From: Ptychomitrium polyphyllum
Taxonomy: Eukaryota
Direction of reading: 5' to 3'
Assembly: GCA_973851085.1 (NCBI GenBank)
Contig: OZ316775.1
Span: 434,001-498,000 of the forward strand
Length of the DNA: 64,000 bases
Under the pieces are notes generated by a model. That model was given only the letters and a program-made list of their open reading frames with translations. It did not search any database and was not told the DNA's origin. Both the position numbers and the translations under genes were made by a program. Below, piece after piece: positions 14,082-26,652 of the stretch; position 1 is the stretch's first letter; every line of letters starts with the position of its first letter.

Positions 14082-15225
14082 TATCGAGCACTTCTCCTTG
14101 AGGAGTGCCCGCAACACTAAAGGCACAAGGGGGACCCCGGAGTGACGTCCGGGACTTGTGGTGTCGATAGTGAGGGAAACCGAGTGGGCCTAGCGTAGGA
14201 AGGATCCATAAAGGGGAGAAACATCCTTGCCCATGTAGACCGAGGGCCACGCAAGATAGATGGCAAGCATTGGAAGAATCACAAAGAACTTATTCTAGAA
14301 TGCTAAAGATTGTCCAAATCGGACAAGGGAGCTAAAAGTTATGGCATCCCAAAGTTGGGGTTGCCAAAGGGTTGTTCTGGAGTGTGGCAGCCCTACTTAG
14401 TGACTGTACTGGAGTGAGACAGTCCAGGGAGGAACTCCCCAGGTATTCCGAACCTTGGGAGAGGTGTATCTCCCACAATACTAACTCAAATCGGACGTTT
14501 GAGGAGTCTATCGGCATTTACGCACAGAGTAAATGACGATAAAGTGGTTGCTTGATACATTCGGGCACCGGATGAAGAAGATATGGCTTCTTGAAGGTCC
14601 GCTGGGAGTCCCAAAGGCTTCCAGCGGCTAAGTCCCAAGGGAGATCGGGTGGTCTTCCAAAACTCTAGGTGTGTCGGGGTCCAGCCAGCTATAGAGGGCC
14701 AGGGGGCCTGCCGAATCCCACAGAGAGTACTATAAGGGAGGGCTGGTCTCCCTCACCATTCCCCTAGTGTCCCGGTAGAGACCAAGGGTGAGTCTCGGTT
14801 GGTGGAGCTAGTGTTGGAGCTTCACCACGGGACTCCCATACCATTGTGAGCCGGTGGACGGCCGGTTTCACGAAGGAAATCAGCACGTACAAAAAGGTAC
14901 GCTTGTTACCACTAAGTTGGGGTGGTGTCTTCACGCCGGCACCATGATGGCCTGGGGTGATCTTAGGATCACATGGGTATCATGAGTGGTGGTGAAAAGA
15001 CACCACTAAGTGCAGTTAGGCCGTGTAGAATGGGAGTAACACCAAGGAGGCCTTGGATATGAATGGAAATCCGCACCTAACCATTGGCTACTAATAAATT
15101 GGGTGTCCTAAAAGAAATGGTAGAAAAACTTGGAAAGTGAGAATGGGGGTTAACCATGTGCATGTGGAGGTGTATAGGGTTGACGCGCATGACGCTTGCT
15201 AAGGTACATTACAAGGGTTGCGACA
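14082..15225. mobile_element. GC-rich probable solo LTR (1.14 kb) inserted in family A integrase
   Basis: TATCG...CGACA termini (decayed TG...CA), TSD ACAAT/ACAAG (4 of 5), sharp composition shift; host frame is restored on removal. Confidence 0.75.
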
Positions 15226-15412
15226 ACAAGATAGTATATTGTTTAGAACTACCAGTATTAATGAAGGTACATCATATCTTCCACATTTCAATTTTGGAAA
15301 CTTATAAAGAATCAAGTATTCTTTAACGAAGTAGCTGCCACTACCTGCACTTAAACACGACAATCATCATGAGTTTAAAGCGGAAGAAGTGTTTGACTCA
15401 CGCATACAACAT

Positions 15413-17030
15413 TGTTGTGATGTATTCAATTGTATAATTTAAAATTTGACAAGTATTTATTATTTTTTAGAATTTAAATTATTGTATATAGAAAATAATA
15501 TTAGAAAAAAGATATAATTAGATTAAAAAAAAAATCATGGTCAAACCATAATTTTTATTTGTCTTGAAAGTAGAACTGCATCTTGTCTTAGCTCAAAGTG
15601 ATTAAGCCGATTGACTGTAGTATTTTCCTGCTTGTTAGTCATACTAGCAGTACCAAGTTAAGTGCTGCCATTCTACTCAACAAATTTAACAAGAATTAAA
15701 CTTGGACCTATTCAGCAGCTGGAACATATTCAGCCAACCAAGTTCATGACTTGTTGTTTGATCCTACTTCGATGAGATATTATTCTTAACTTGTTTCTTA
15801 TTGAACTTCAATACTTTTTGTTTTTATTTTTATTTTTTTTATTTTTTTAATTCCTATTTTAGATTTAAGAGGGTTGACTTTGTTTTTGTTTGTAATTTGA
15901 ACCTAGAAGCTTCAACTAAAGGAAAAATAAATAAAAATAAAAATAAAAATAAATTTGGATTGTTTCTTATTTGAAGATATAGTTAGATAAGGGCTTGATA
16001 AAGGAAATTAGAGGTTGATGTAAAGAAGTAAAGTTGATATGAAGTGATAAAGTTGATGTGGACTGATAAAGGCAAGATGTGGCGGTTTGACCACCACCCT
16101 CTTTTCTCTCTCAGCCTCTCCCACTTGAATAAGTAGATAGTTTTTTTTTTTTTATAATAACACATTGTACATTTCTTAAAGTGAATTGATTTTTATTGGA
16201 TTTCTTACTTTCTCTTATGAACTTTTTAAAAAGCCATCATACGCTTCATTTGCAATTGGTATGTGACCGTGGCACTAGTTTCAATAAAGTTAATTCAGTT
16301 GCCATGAGTTTTTGAAAGCAGCTACTTCAAATGCTTGTAACATTTTGTAGAATTGATTTTTGATAATGAAATTTATAGGATAGCATTTTGATTACTTTAG
16401 AATGACGGTATAGAAATCTTTAAAATAATGGATTCTTACAATAGGAATCATAAAAAAAAGTACAATTAGGATTTGAGGGTAATACATAATAAAGTTTGGA
16501 GCTACATATTTTGAACCATTGGAGATGATTCAAGGAGCTTTTAAGGTTGAAATTTTGATGAAATGTTTATTGTAGGATAGATAATATGTTAATAAAGTTT
16601 AAAGTCTAGATTTATTGAAAAAAGGGGGGAGGGATTTAGGAGCAATGGAAGAAAGAGTAAAACGTTTGAAAACATGGTCCTTAACAACTATTTGGACTGT
16701 AAATAAGAAATTTTGAAAATTTTACTTAGATAGTCTTATGCTTATGTTATTAAAATTTCAAAATCATAGGACCTTTCAGCTAGAAGAATATGAAAATATG
16801 TAATTTGGATTTAAAAGAAAAAATAAGAAGAAGAATTGATAAAGAGTTGGATTATTTTTAAAATGGGAGAAAAGAAGAGTTGGATAGTAGAAATCAAAGA
16901 TGAAGAAATAACTAATAAGTAATTGGAAGTTGTAATTTCTTTTATACAAAAAAAAAAAAAAAACTTGTACTTGATTAATTAGATGTGGAATGACCTAACG
17001 TTTCTTATAGCCACCACTTTTATCACAACA
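15413..17030. mobile_element. 1.6-kb non-coding insertion (family C, probable solo LTR) in family A chromodomain
   Basis: TGTTGTGA...TCACAACA inverted termini, 4-bp TSD ACAT/ACGT; second diverged copy at ~53605-55650. Confidence 0.8.
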
Positions 17031-17184
17031 ACGTGGAAAGCTGGAATATTTGGTCCATTAATGTGGATAAGATATTATTAAATGTACATGGAAGTCAGCT
17101 AACAATCTTGCCAATTCACCAGTAAAAGATTGTGAGTTCCATCAACAACATCCATCTAAACCAAAATTAGCAGCACAAGGAACA

Positions 17185-17709
17185 ATGGCTTGGTAAGGTT
17201 GCATAACCGTAAAGGCTTTTGATGCTTGGATTTTCTAAGTAGTAGAAAAAGCAATTCTTGGATCATAAATTTTCAAAGCCCGAGATATGATTTAGAAATT
17301 AATCGTTTGTATTTTGAAATTTATCATAGTTCCTTGAGACTAGCTCAATATATTAGATATAGACAGTCAAAATGCAGATACCATGCTAGTGGTGTCAACT
17401 CAACCAAATGGTTCTTGTCGACGACCTTGTGATGAAGAACAAATTGAACCAAGAAGACATCAAAGGATACTTAGCAATAAGTTGTTGATGATTGTCTTTG
17501 AAGTGGAGCTAATTTACAAAGATTATCCAAAAGCAATGTTTAAAAGATACTTTTACATCAAAGATATGGAATTTCATGCTTGGTCTCAAGTAAAAGGTGT
17601 TGGACACTATTGGTGGTTACAAGGATCCATGACTCATTTGAATTGTAAAAGGCAATTGAAATATGTTGCATATACTATGCAATAAATTTTTTACTTCTTA
17701 TGACTCTGA
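17185..17709 (+). pseudogene. Putative third ORF (unknown protein) of family A, decayed
   Basis: Frame containing ORF 17383-17685 aligns with family B ORF 46526-46858 (QVKGVGHYWWLQG vs QVFAGGHWCFLQG), with the final stop at the equivalent codon. Start uncertain. Confidence 0.6.
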
Positions 17710-17761
17710 GCATTTGTTGCAGCATGCTCCTTGGAAATTTTGAAGCTAGAAGGGGATATGA

Positions 17762-18113
17762 TGCCACAGACATACATATTAAAAACATCTAAAAAGGTTT
17801 CTTAGAAGGTTTAGGAAGTTTCCAACGAAGTAACCTCGGCTTAGGAAGCTTCAAAGGAAGTAACTCAAGATTGCTTGAATATGAAGCAATATAATAGAAG
17901 CTTTCAAGGAACTTCCAAGGCTTGTAGTTCTAATATATATAAGTGTCAAGGCTGAAGGATTCTCAACAACACATCTCTTGTGGTTTATTTTAGACCTTTT
18001 AGCCTTGTTTTTGTACTTTATCATAGTTTTTTACCTCTAATATATCTTGGACATATCTTGTTCCATATTTTGGAATTCTAAAGCCTTATCTTGTAGTTAT
18101 TTTGTCTGTAATA
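17762..18113 (+). repeat. 3' LTR of family A
   Basis: Follows a purine tract; homologous to 1059-1510 but clearly diverged and shorter; ends GTCTGTAATA. Confidence 0.85.
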
Positions 18114-18258
18114 TTATCAACTATAGCATATTCATCATTTATTTTCAAAATTGCAAAATCTCTACTACGCCTATTTCTGAAAATTGGAAATAATTGCTTA
18201 GACCTTGCTATGGTCATGGCCTAATTGTAATTAGAAAGATAAAAAAAAATTGGAAGGT

Positions 18259-18743
18259 TGTTAATAGGGACATAACAAATAAAAAGTAGAAACAAACTGT
18301 TTTCCAAGAATTAGCTTTTAAAGAGCTAATGATTAATAAGAATTGATACAAAGATTAGAGTAAGGCAAGAGACAATATGATCCAAAACTTTTGTTGGCAA
18401 GATTAGAGAATACCTTGTCTTCCATCCTATTTTAGAAGTCTATAGAACCTTCTTTGGAAGTTTTCCAAGATGGTGGAACCTTCCTAAGAAGCTTCCAAGG
18501 AATTGAAATCTTCCTTGGAAGTTTCTTAAGGTGGTGGAATCTTTTTAGGAAGTTTTCCAAAGAGGTAGAACTTTCCTAGGAAATTTCCTAAGGTAGTGGA
18601 ACCATCATAGGAAGTTTTTTAAGGAGGTGGAAACAGCTATTGAGGCATTGAAAGTATTTTAAAAAGCTATTATAGCATATCAAAAGGTTCTAGAAGATTT
18701 TAGAAGGTTCTAAATACTGTGTTGCATAATCTATGTTGTGATA
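18259..18743 (-). repeat. Decayed family B solo LTR
   Basis: Similar to 4325-4926 (gagctaatgattaa; aggaagtttcctaagg repeats); internal deletion; no clear TSD. Confidence 0.8.
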
Positions 18744-19536
18744 ATTGCAATTATCAATGATTAATGATCAAAGTTGGAATTAGTGAAAATAGCCAATTTA
18801 TTAGCTGTTTTGCAAAGATGGATGATTCAATGAATGCTTTATTTCCTTTAGAAATTTAAAAGAATCTATTATCTTAGATATGGATTTTCTATTTTTAAGG
18901 GAATCCTTGAATAATTCAAACTTTATTTAGAAATTGCTAATGAAAGTTCAAAATTTTGTATGAGGTTGTTAAATTTTACAATGGTAGCTTCAATTAATTG
19001 TGAGACAAATACAATGAAGTAATTATAAGAAAATTCCGTAGAAAATCCAAAATGACTTGTAACAATATACGAAAGAGGAAGACTCATCTTGGCAAAAAAC
19101 ATAGCCTTATTAAACCACTTGAACAACTAATTATTAAAAAAAAGGGCCTTTAAAAATCATTTACTTATACCAAGGAAGTGCTTCTTATTCTACTATTTTA
19201 GCCACCAAACCTTGAATTCTATGGCCACCACCACTATTGTAACCAGTTGCAACTTTTTAAAAGATCATTTTGGATTTTACTTTTTTTTCCTTATAAATTT
19301 TAACTTGGAAGAGAAAGTTGCATCCAATAATCAAATTGGCAATGTTGATGTGCTTTTGGAATTGCTTAAGAAGCTGATTGTATTGTTTTAATTGAGCCAC
19401 ATGCAATGCCTTGAAGCATGCGCTCTTTTAGTGGTATTTTTTGTTGTACTTGCGGGCACAATCTTTTACAACACTTGTTGCAATAACATCTACAATAAAA
19501 GAGGAAATTTGACAAATTCAAATAAAGATTAGAAAA

Positions 19537-19698
19537 AAATCAAATATAAAAAGTATAACAATTGTAAAGCCATTCTTGGTACAGGCAAGAAATCAAATAT
19601 AAAAAGTATAACAATTGTAAAGCCATTCTTGGTACAGGCAAGAAATCAAATATAAAAAGTATAACAATTGTAAAGCCATTCTTGGTACAGGCAAGAAA
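19537..19698. repeat. Tandem repeat, 53 bp x 3 identical copies
   Basis: Unit aaatcaaatataaaaagtataacaattgtaaagccattcttggtacaggcaag read directly. Confidence 0.95.
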
Positions 19699-20739
19699 CA
19701 AAGGCATTGGTTGTGAAAAAATACCATGCCTACTTCTTTCAATGCTCACACTCCTTGTATTCCTAAATATTAATAGTAGCACAACTCTTTCAATATCATT
19801 TACCCATACTTCTTCACACAATACAACAAGTGAATTAAGTTTTCATCTGGCTATTCTACATTAATTTGTAGCATTATTAATAAAAAACATTAAGAATTGA
19901 AAAGTAAAATTCTTTGAATGCAATTGATTGTAGAATTGCTTCCAAATAAGCAAGTGGAGATTGTCATTCAAAAGAAAGAATATGTGATAGAAGAATAAGG
20001 CCAATTTATAATCCTCCTTCAAAAAAGCCTCAAACTTTCCATTCTTGTCTCTTCACATCAAACTACAACCTTGCTCATTCATTGTGGACATTAATGTTGT
20101 TTGTTGAGAAAATATAAAAAACACAATCAACTTTGTGATAACCATGCATGAACTCTGCGTTGATCTGCTTGATATTTAGCTTCATTGTTTAATGAGCAAA
20201 CAAGAAACATGTACATTAAGCAGCAGAGAGGAATATTTATCCAAAACTTATTGATGGTCTGCATTTGGAGGTCATTGATGACAATTATTGAATTAAGCTT
20301 TTGAATTGACAAGACAGCTTCTCATACGTCTAGCTAGCATATTCTTCAACCTTGTATTCTTTTTCCATTACTACAATGTTAGAAACAAAATAAAGGAGAG
20401 GAATTGTTGAATCCAACATCCAAGATTGAAACATAATTAGACAAATAAGACAAAAACAACATCAAAGAACAAGGCCAATGCAATTTCAATAAATCTCTTA
20501 AATTCACTCACTTAAATGGACGAAATTGAAATACAAGATATTTCACAAATTCCATACACTATGAAATTTGATCAAATACAACATCCCATATTTCACAAAA
20601 AACTTTTGTTTTAGTGAAAATTTAGAATTAAAATCATATGATATTTAGATTCTTAGGAGCCAAGAATTTACAATTCAAACAACTTCTAAATTCAATAAAT
20701 ACAAAGAAGAATTAGGAAGTTTAAAAAGTTGAGACCTTA

Positions 20740-21055
20740 TGTTACAAACGTACATATTAGAAGCATATAGAAAGGTTTTTTAGAAGGTTTAGGAAGTTAC
20801 CTCAGCTTAGGAAGTTTCAAAGGAAATAACTCAAGTTTCCTTGAATATGAAGCAATGTAGTAGAAGCTTTCTAAGAAGCTTCCAAGGCATGTAGTTCTAA
20901 TATATATAAGAGTCGAGGCTGAAGGGATCTTTGCTTTCAACAATATATCTCTTGTGGTCTAGTTCAGACCTTCTAGTCTTCTCTTTGTACCTTATTATAG
21001 CTTTTTATTTTTAATATACCTTAAACATATCTTGTTCCACATTATGTCTATAATA
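20740..21055 (+). repeat. Family A solo LTR (internally deleted)
   Basis: TGTTAC start, homology to 1059-1510, TSD CCTTA/CCCTA (4 of 5). Confidence 0.85.
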
Positions 21056-23900
21056 CCCTATAATTTGGTGCAAAGAATATAAATACATCAAATTTTAGAA
21101 ACCAAAATGATTAAACTCTTAGTGCTTAGAATATAAGAAACAATCATTTCATATCCATTTTTTCTAAGTTCTATGAAGTTTAAAAAACAAGTACAAACAT
21201 AAGAAAGCTTGGATTTTAAATACTTAGCATTGAGATTTAAAAATACATTGAATTCAAAAAACCAAAAGAGACAATATTGAAACTTCTGATATTAAAAAAT
21301 TAAAACCAAAAGGAAAAAAAAATAAGGATGTATTATATATTACACTCTTGATTCCAGCAATTTAAAATACAACAATACTTCTAACTTGAAACTAACAATA
21401 AAGAAGTTTTTACATTGTTGGTATCAAGAGTTTAAAATGCAAGAAAAATTAAAAAGAAAAAATTAAGGAAAATATATTTTACTGGCACAAAGAGTCCAAA
21501 ATATAAGGAAAAAAAAAAACCAAAATCAATCAAAAATCAAACTCTTGGCACCGTGTGTTATAATTATATGCATTTTTGCTTGGATGAGTCAAAAAATTGC
21601 TTTAAAATTATTTGGTATCAGTATTTAAACTTAAAAGTCTAATTTACACGGTTTGAAATTCACTATACAAATACTTTTGAATTAAAAAATCTTTCCTATT
21701 TAAAAAAAAGAGGTGTAGCTATTGTTTTGAGATATTTGTTTTCAAAACTCCCCGCTATGAATTTGAAAAAAAGAAAAATTTGGAATTGGAATTGGAATAT
21801 AATTTAGCTTCATAGAACCAAAAGTTTCAAAGATAAAAATGTTAAAAGACCACAAATCAAATGAAACTATATAGTCAAACTCAAATTTTTTAGAAAATAC
21901 TAAATTCTTAGCATCAAGAATTTTCTTTGCATGCAATTTTACAATACACTATGATTGAACTAAAAAATCAAAGATCTATTTTATTGTATTTTTTAAAATA
22001 TGAATTCCATAAAAAAATATCTCTCAAGACCAAAAGTCTAATTTGCAAGCAATTTTCAAAATACACTAGGGCTAAAATTAAAAAGAAGGTTTTACTTTAT
22101 TACGTCTTCAAAACCATAAATTCCAAACAATATAATCCTTAGTGCCAAGAATCATATAAACATAAGTGTTTCAAATCTCATTAATTGCAAATTCCAAACC
22201 TAGACTTTTGCAAAAATTCTTTCTTACAATTTAAGCAATATAGAAATTTAACCTTAGGATTTCAAGCACAAATAAAATTTTCAGTTGCAAAGCCATTTGC
22301 AAGTTTGAAAAGGACATTGCCATTAATTCCAAGGCCATTATTGATCTTCTCTCCTTGCGGTTCATTCTCTTGATTGCTAAAAATTCAAACGCAAGCTACA
22401 CATGAATAAATGGAAAAAAAACTTGCCTTGCCTTCTGCGGAAAAAAATTCTTGATCAAAAACATGCTTTGGAAAGATGAGATGGACAATGTGTGCTCTTT
22501 TTCCTTCTTCAAATCTTCTTCTATATTTGCTTGTCAATCCTTCATGTCCACATTCTTTGTTTCTTATTGAATAAAACTACCCTTAAGGCCCATTTCGCCT
22601 CCAATCCTATTTAATGCATATTTTGGGTAGTATTTAATGGTTTCAAAGCTTAAATTCCTAATAGTGTTATTTAAGGTCCTCAATAGCCTTTGCTTGCAAA
22701 ATTCTTTTTTAATCTTCTATTGTACTTTTGCATTAGAAACCTTTGTTTTTTCTATTGTGCCTTATTTGGAGCCTTAGTTTGTTCATGCTTACTACATTGA
22801 CACTAAACTTTGGACTTAATTGTCATGGCTTTTGTACTTGAGAATCAAAAGAAAATTGCTTGGATAAATCTTCTTTTGTAACTTCAATTCTATAAGTGCT
22901 ACTACAATAGAGTTGACCACTAATACTCCAAAAACAAGTCTAGTGGTTGACAATTTGTTGTCATGTGCATTCTATTCACTATTGTATTTGAAAATTGATC
23001 CAATTGTAGCAACCACTTTGCAATACAAATCCAAAAAAGAAAATAATTTTATGAGTATTTTTCAATTTTTTGATTGTTTGAAATGAAAATGCTTAGAAAT
23101 TCTTTATTTGCCATACTATGGATTCAAAACTTGTGGAACCACCACTGTGTACTTTCCCTTATTGAAGCTTTTTGATAGAACACCGCCATTATAAGAAAGC
23201 AAATAAGTAAGCAAAACAAACCAAAACAAAACAATCTCTGCTTCTCTTACTATATAGACGGGCCCATGGTATTATGCAATTTTCAGATGCAAACAAGGAA
23301 AATTCATTGCCAAGACGACCACCTCGTACATATGGACAGAAACTCGTCAAACCTGGAGCCTCCCCACTGGCTACAGACACAAAACGCACAAGCAATAGAC
23401 AAACAAAGGGGCTCATGGTTTCAGGGTTAACGGGCTCTTTGATGAACTGTGGAGCATGTACCGTGACGCGCACTGAGAACGCCGGAACAATGCAGGGGGT
23501 GGTGTGGCTGTAGATGCACTAAGTTGTGAGGGACCCAGGGCAGGGCTGGCAGGGGTTCAGGGACGAACAGCATGAATGAATGACGCAGATCCCCTGTTTT
23601 TGCAGACTCATTGGGTGGAGTGCGAAGCTAAACAATCGATTCCTGGTCACGAAGTGACGTGAAGTGCAGTGAAGTTAGGCTTCAGTGGAGTGAGAGACAC
23701 CGCAGTCCCCAAAGTGGGGGTCAGCTGCGGGGGATTACGACTACCTGAAAACCTGCGCCCCCCCCCCCACACTGCGGTCCCTGTGGTGGTGAGCCCTAGT
23801 ACAACTCCCTCCGTGCGGTGCATGCCGTGCATCTGCGTCTCTTGTGGGCAACCTTTCTGATCGGCCTCGCATTCCTGGCTTGTATCCCCTCTCTCGCGTC

Positions 23901-24885
23901 ATGGCCGCCGACGATGCCCTGGAGCCTTCTTTGGGTACCAAGGTCCGTCGCCGCTCCCCCATCTACCGCGTTTTCTCCGCCGACTACCTTGACGTTCCTG
24001 CCAACCCCACCCTTGTGAAGCTGCTTTCCAAACAAGGTTACTCTCACCCCTCCTCTTTCTCCTTTCCAGCCTTTCACACTACTCCGTTTTTCCCCAATTT
24101 ACCATTATACATATATAAAATATTAATGCAGGTGCTGTGCAGGGGACAGCCAAGTTTTGTTTGCTGACAATATTATGAAGGTTAATCGCAAGTGTAAGCT
24201 GGTCCGCCGCGTGCTCATCGTCACCGACGTTGCGATTTACATTCTTGATTCCACGTTCTATCGTCTGAAGCACCGAATCTCCTTGCAGGCAAGCTTTTGC
24301 CTATTCCTATTTCTCCACATTGTCCAATCGCTGTTCGAAGGGTGTCCTGCTCCTGCTCCTGCTCCTGAGAAGTCAATCGTGTAAGTTGCTTGTGGAGAAT
24401 GGGCTGTACAGAATATAGAGAAGGTGAGCTTGAGTGAGCTGAGCGATAACTTCTTCGCAATCAGTGTTCCGAGTGAATATGATTGTCTGATGGCAAGCAC
24501 ACGGAAATCAGAGATTGTGACGGTTCTCGTGGAGGCAGTGAAGCAGCTCACAAGCACCAACTCTCCTGAGAAAGAGCTGCAAGTGAAGTTCTCAAACAGG
24601 TACTGCGAGTGGTTTGTTCTGAGACTTTTTACGTGTGAGTGACATGTTTTCTTGTCTTTGGATGTTGTACTGACTGGGGTTGAGTGTGCAGTTTCGAGTA
24701 CTACATTGACGCTGAGCACATTCGTGAAGTCCACTTTGAACCAGTAGAAGGTGAGTAGTTGTAAATGCGTTCTAGGGTTGTGGTCTGGGAGCCGGGGGAT
24801 TGAGAAAGAAAGAGGGACTGAAGCACAATTCTGGGAATGTTGTGTGGCAGGTGGTGGAATCAAGACGAGATTTGTGGATAAGTGA
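23901..24885 (+). CDS. Myosin-I tail homology 1 (TH1) domain-only protein, ~187 aa
   Basis: Exons 23901-24036, 24143-24288, 24412-24599, 24692-24750, 24851-24885 join in frame (564 nt). TH1-like motifs DYLDVP, VLFADNIMKVNR...RRVLIVTDVAIYIL, VSLSELSDNFFAI. Intron 2 needs a GC donor. Confidence 0.88.
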
Positions 24886-25510
24886 GTACGCTCCCAGTCA
24901 TGTAGCAAAGAGTGACGGAGTTAAAAGCTCAGAAAGACAGCCTGTTGCTAGTCTACTCAATTTTCCATTTTATTGTCGTAGACTTCTCCATTGTATTTAG
25001 GTTCCTATGTGGTCTAGTCTTGTTCTGAAACAGGCAACACCCATTGTACTACTGGTACTATTCAGTGTTAATAAGTAAGGCACCCTTATTCACCCTCAAA
25101 GTAGTCACCATTTCGTTTCTTTTACTTGTAAATTAACGAAATGAAATCTGACTCCATGATGTCTTACATCTGCTATCAAAACAGAAACTTTTGTTTGTTG
25201 ATTTGATAAGCAACATCTGATACGGAAGGAAGAAACAATTTCATGGTATGCACTGTATCCACTTTCAATTTGAATTCAAATTGCGGTGGAGGGCCATGTG
25301 TCTCAATTCTTGGCATGAACTAACCGCCTGCAACGATATCATCATGATTGTTAATACCGGTAGTCCCTGACATTTATTCAAAACCCTGTTGCTTCATCAG
25401 TTTCATTATTTGTCCTTAAAATGCTATTACCTTCTTCCACTTGACTTTAGTTACCGAGTTCAGCAGCAGGAATCGCAAAGAACCGGCGAAAGCAAAGTAT
25501 GGTCAGGACA

Positions 25511-25610
25511 NNNNNNNNNNNNNNNNNNNNNNNNNNNNNNNNNNNNNNNNNNNNNNNNNNNNNNNNNNNNNNNNNNNNNNNNNNNNNNNNNNNNNNNNNN
25601 NNNNNNNNNN
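25511..25610. other. Assembly gap (100 N)
   Basis: Run of exactly 100 N, the usual placeholder for a gap of unknown size. Confidence 1.
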
Positions 25611-25828
25611 TGCACGTCCTTCAGGATTAGCCATACCATTGATTCTGTCTACGTCGGACAAGCTTATGCAACGTTCAGGGGTTTTTAACAAGTTCTTCAA
25701 CACCGTAAATGTAGCGCCAGCTCCAAGTATGAAGCTGGTTCCGGAATACTGGTTGCTGAGTGTGTGATACAACATGTGTGAGGGTCTTGAGTTTCTCATG
25801 ATTGTGTATTATTGAAACGAGCTTGCAG

Positions 25829-26652
25829 ATTCGCGTACTATAAGGTACGGAAAGTTTTGCGGGGTGGGTTATACGGGATGTCCAAATCAGTCGCCATGTG
25901 ACCGCCTCGATGCTTGTTGCAGACAACATGATTTTTGCGTCGGCATCAATCCTGGTGATTTGAACTCTCAACCCTTACTCCAACTCAGAATTTAATATCC
26001 TTTTATTGAACGACATCCAGATCTTCAGAATGATGTTCATTTTAAATAAATGATGGAAAATATTGAAAACGACACGAAGTGAACTTTCAGTTCAGATTCT
26101 GAACTGGTCAGAATCTTGCTAGTCTACAGTAGTACGTATGAGGATAATTTTGTTAATCAATACTACTCTTTAAACGTCTATTGAGACACTCTTTGTGAGG
26201 GACTAAGCGATTTGTGTTGGGGATACGGTTGATGTTCCTCAGTAAGTAACGTTCCAAGTTAGTGATGAAGCCAATGTAGTTAACTTTCTGTTCTTTTTAT
26301 TTAATCATGTTCTCATTTGCAATATAATGTTTGTGTAGCCAACTTTCCGAATCGGACATGCCGGTATAACTTGCGGAACTGCCTGCAACAGTATCTTGCG
26401 ACGGGAGCATCTGTGTACCACGGCAGTAATTGCTCAGCCATGACCGTGCAGAACACAGTGATGGTGGCCATGGAGAGCACTACGTATCATGAGCACGTGG
26501 CGCCCCGAAGTGCCCCGCAAGCTGGCGGCGCTCCTAATTCTGTTTCTGCTAGGTTTCTTGAAAGCATTATATTTCATGTAGTTTTTATTGGCGGCTTGTG
26601 TATATGTGTCCTCATGATGCATGAGGAATCGTCATGGCTCAGTGGCACATGA
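25829..26652 (+). CDS. PLA2: Secretory phospholipase A2 (plant group XI), 5'-partial
   Basis: Exon 25829-25954 encodes YGKFCGVGYTGC (Ca-binding loop) and LDACCRQHDFC (catalytic His-Asp); phase-compatible exon 26339-26652 supplies the remaining cysteines. Signal-peptide exon(s) not found, possibly in the gap. Confidence 0.88.

Larger units (their letters stand above)
1059..18113 (+). mobile_element. Decayed Ty3/gypsy chromovirus LTR retrotransposon (family A), interrupted by four nested insertions
   Basis: 5' LTR 1059-1510, then gag, protease and RT remnants (~1700-4324), RNase H (10893-11214), integrase (12766-14081, 15226-15412) and chromodomain (17031-17196). A purine tract AGAAGGGGA at ~17748 precedes a related LTR at 17762-18113. 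Reading frames rejoin across each insertion (TAPI|LVFP, ARWS|ISLS, KQVN|KIVY, SRIQ|RGKLEYLVH). Many stops and frameshifts; no matching TSD at the outer ends. Confidence 0.88.

Noticed and set aside
19537..19698. CRISPR-like array
   Set aside because: Head-to-tail identical units with no spacers, eukaryotic context, no cas genes.
18750..20400. Decayed DNA transposase remnant
   Set aside because: No catalytic motif, terminal repeats or TSD could be identified by eye.
24258..24908. 216-aa minus-strand ORF
   Set aside because: Antisense shadow of the spliced TH1 gene.
25389..25799. ORFs spanning the N run
   Set aside because: Artefacts of translating through an assembly gap.
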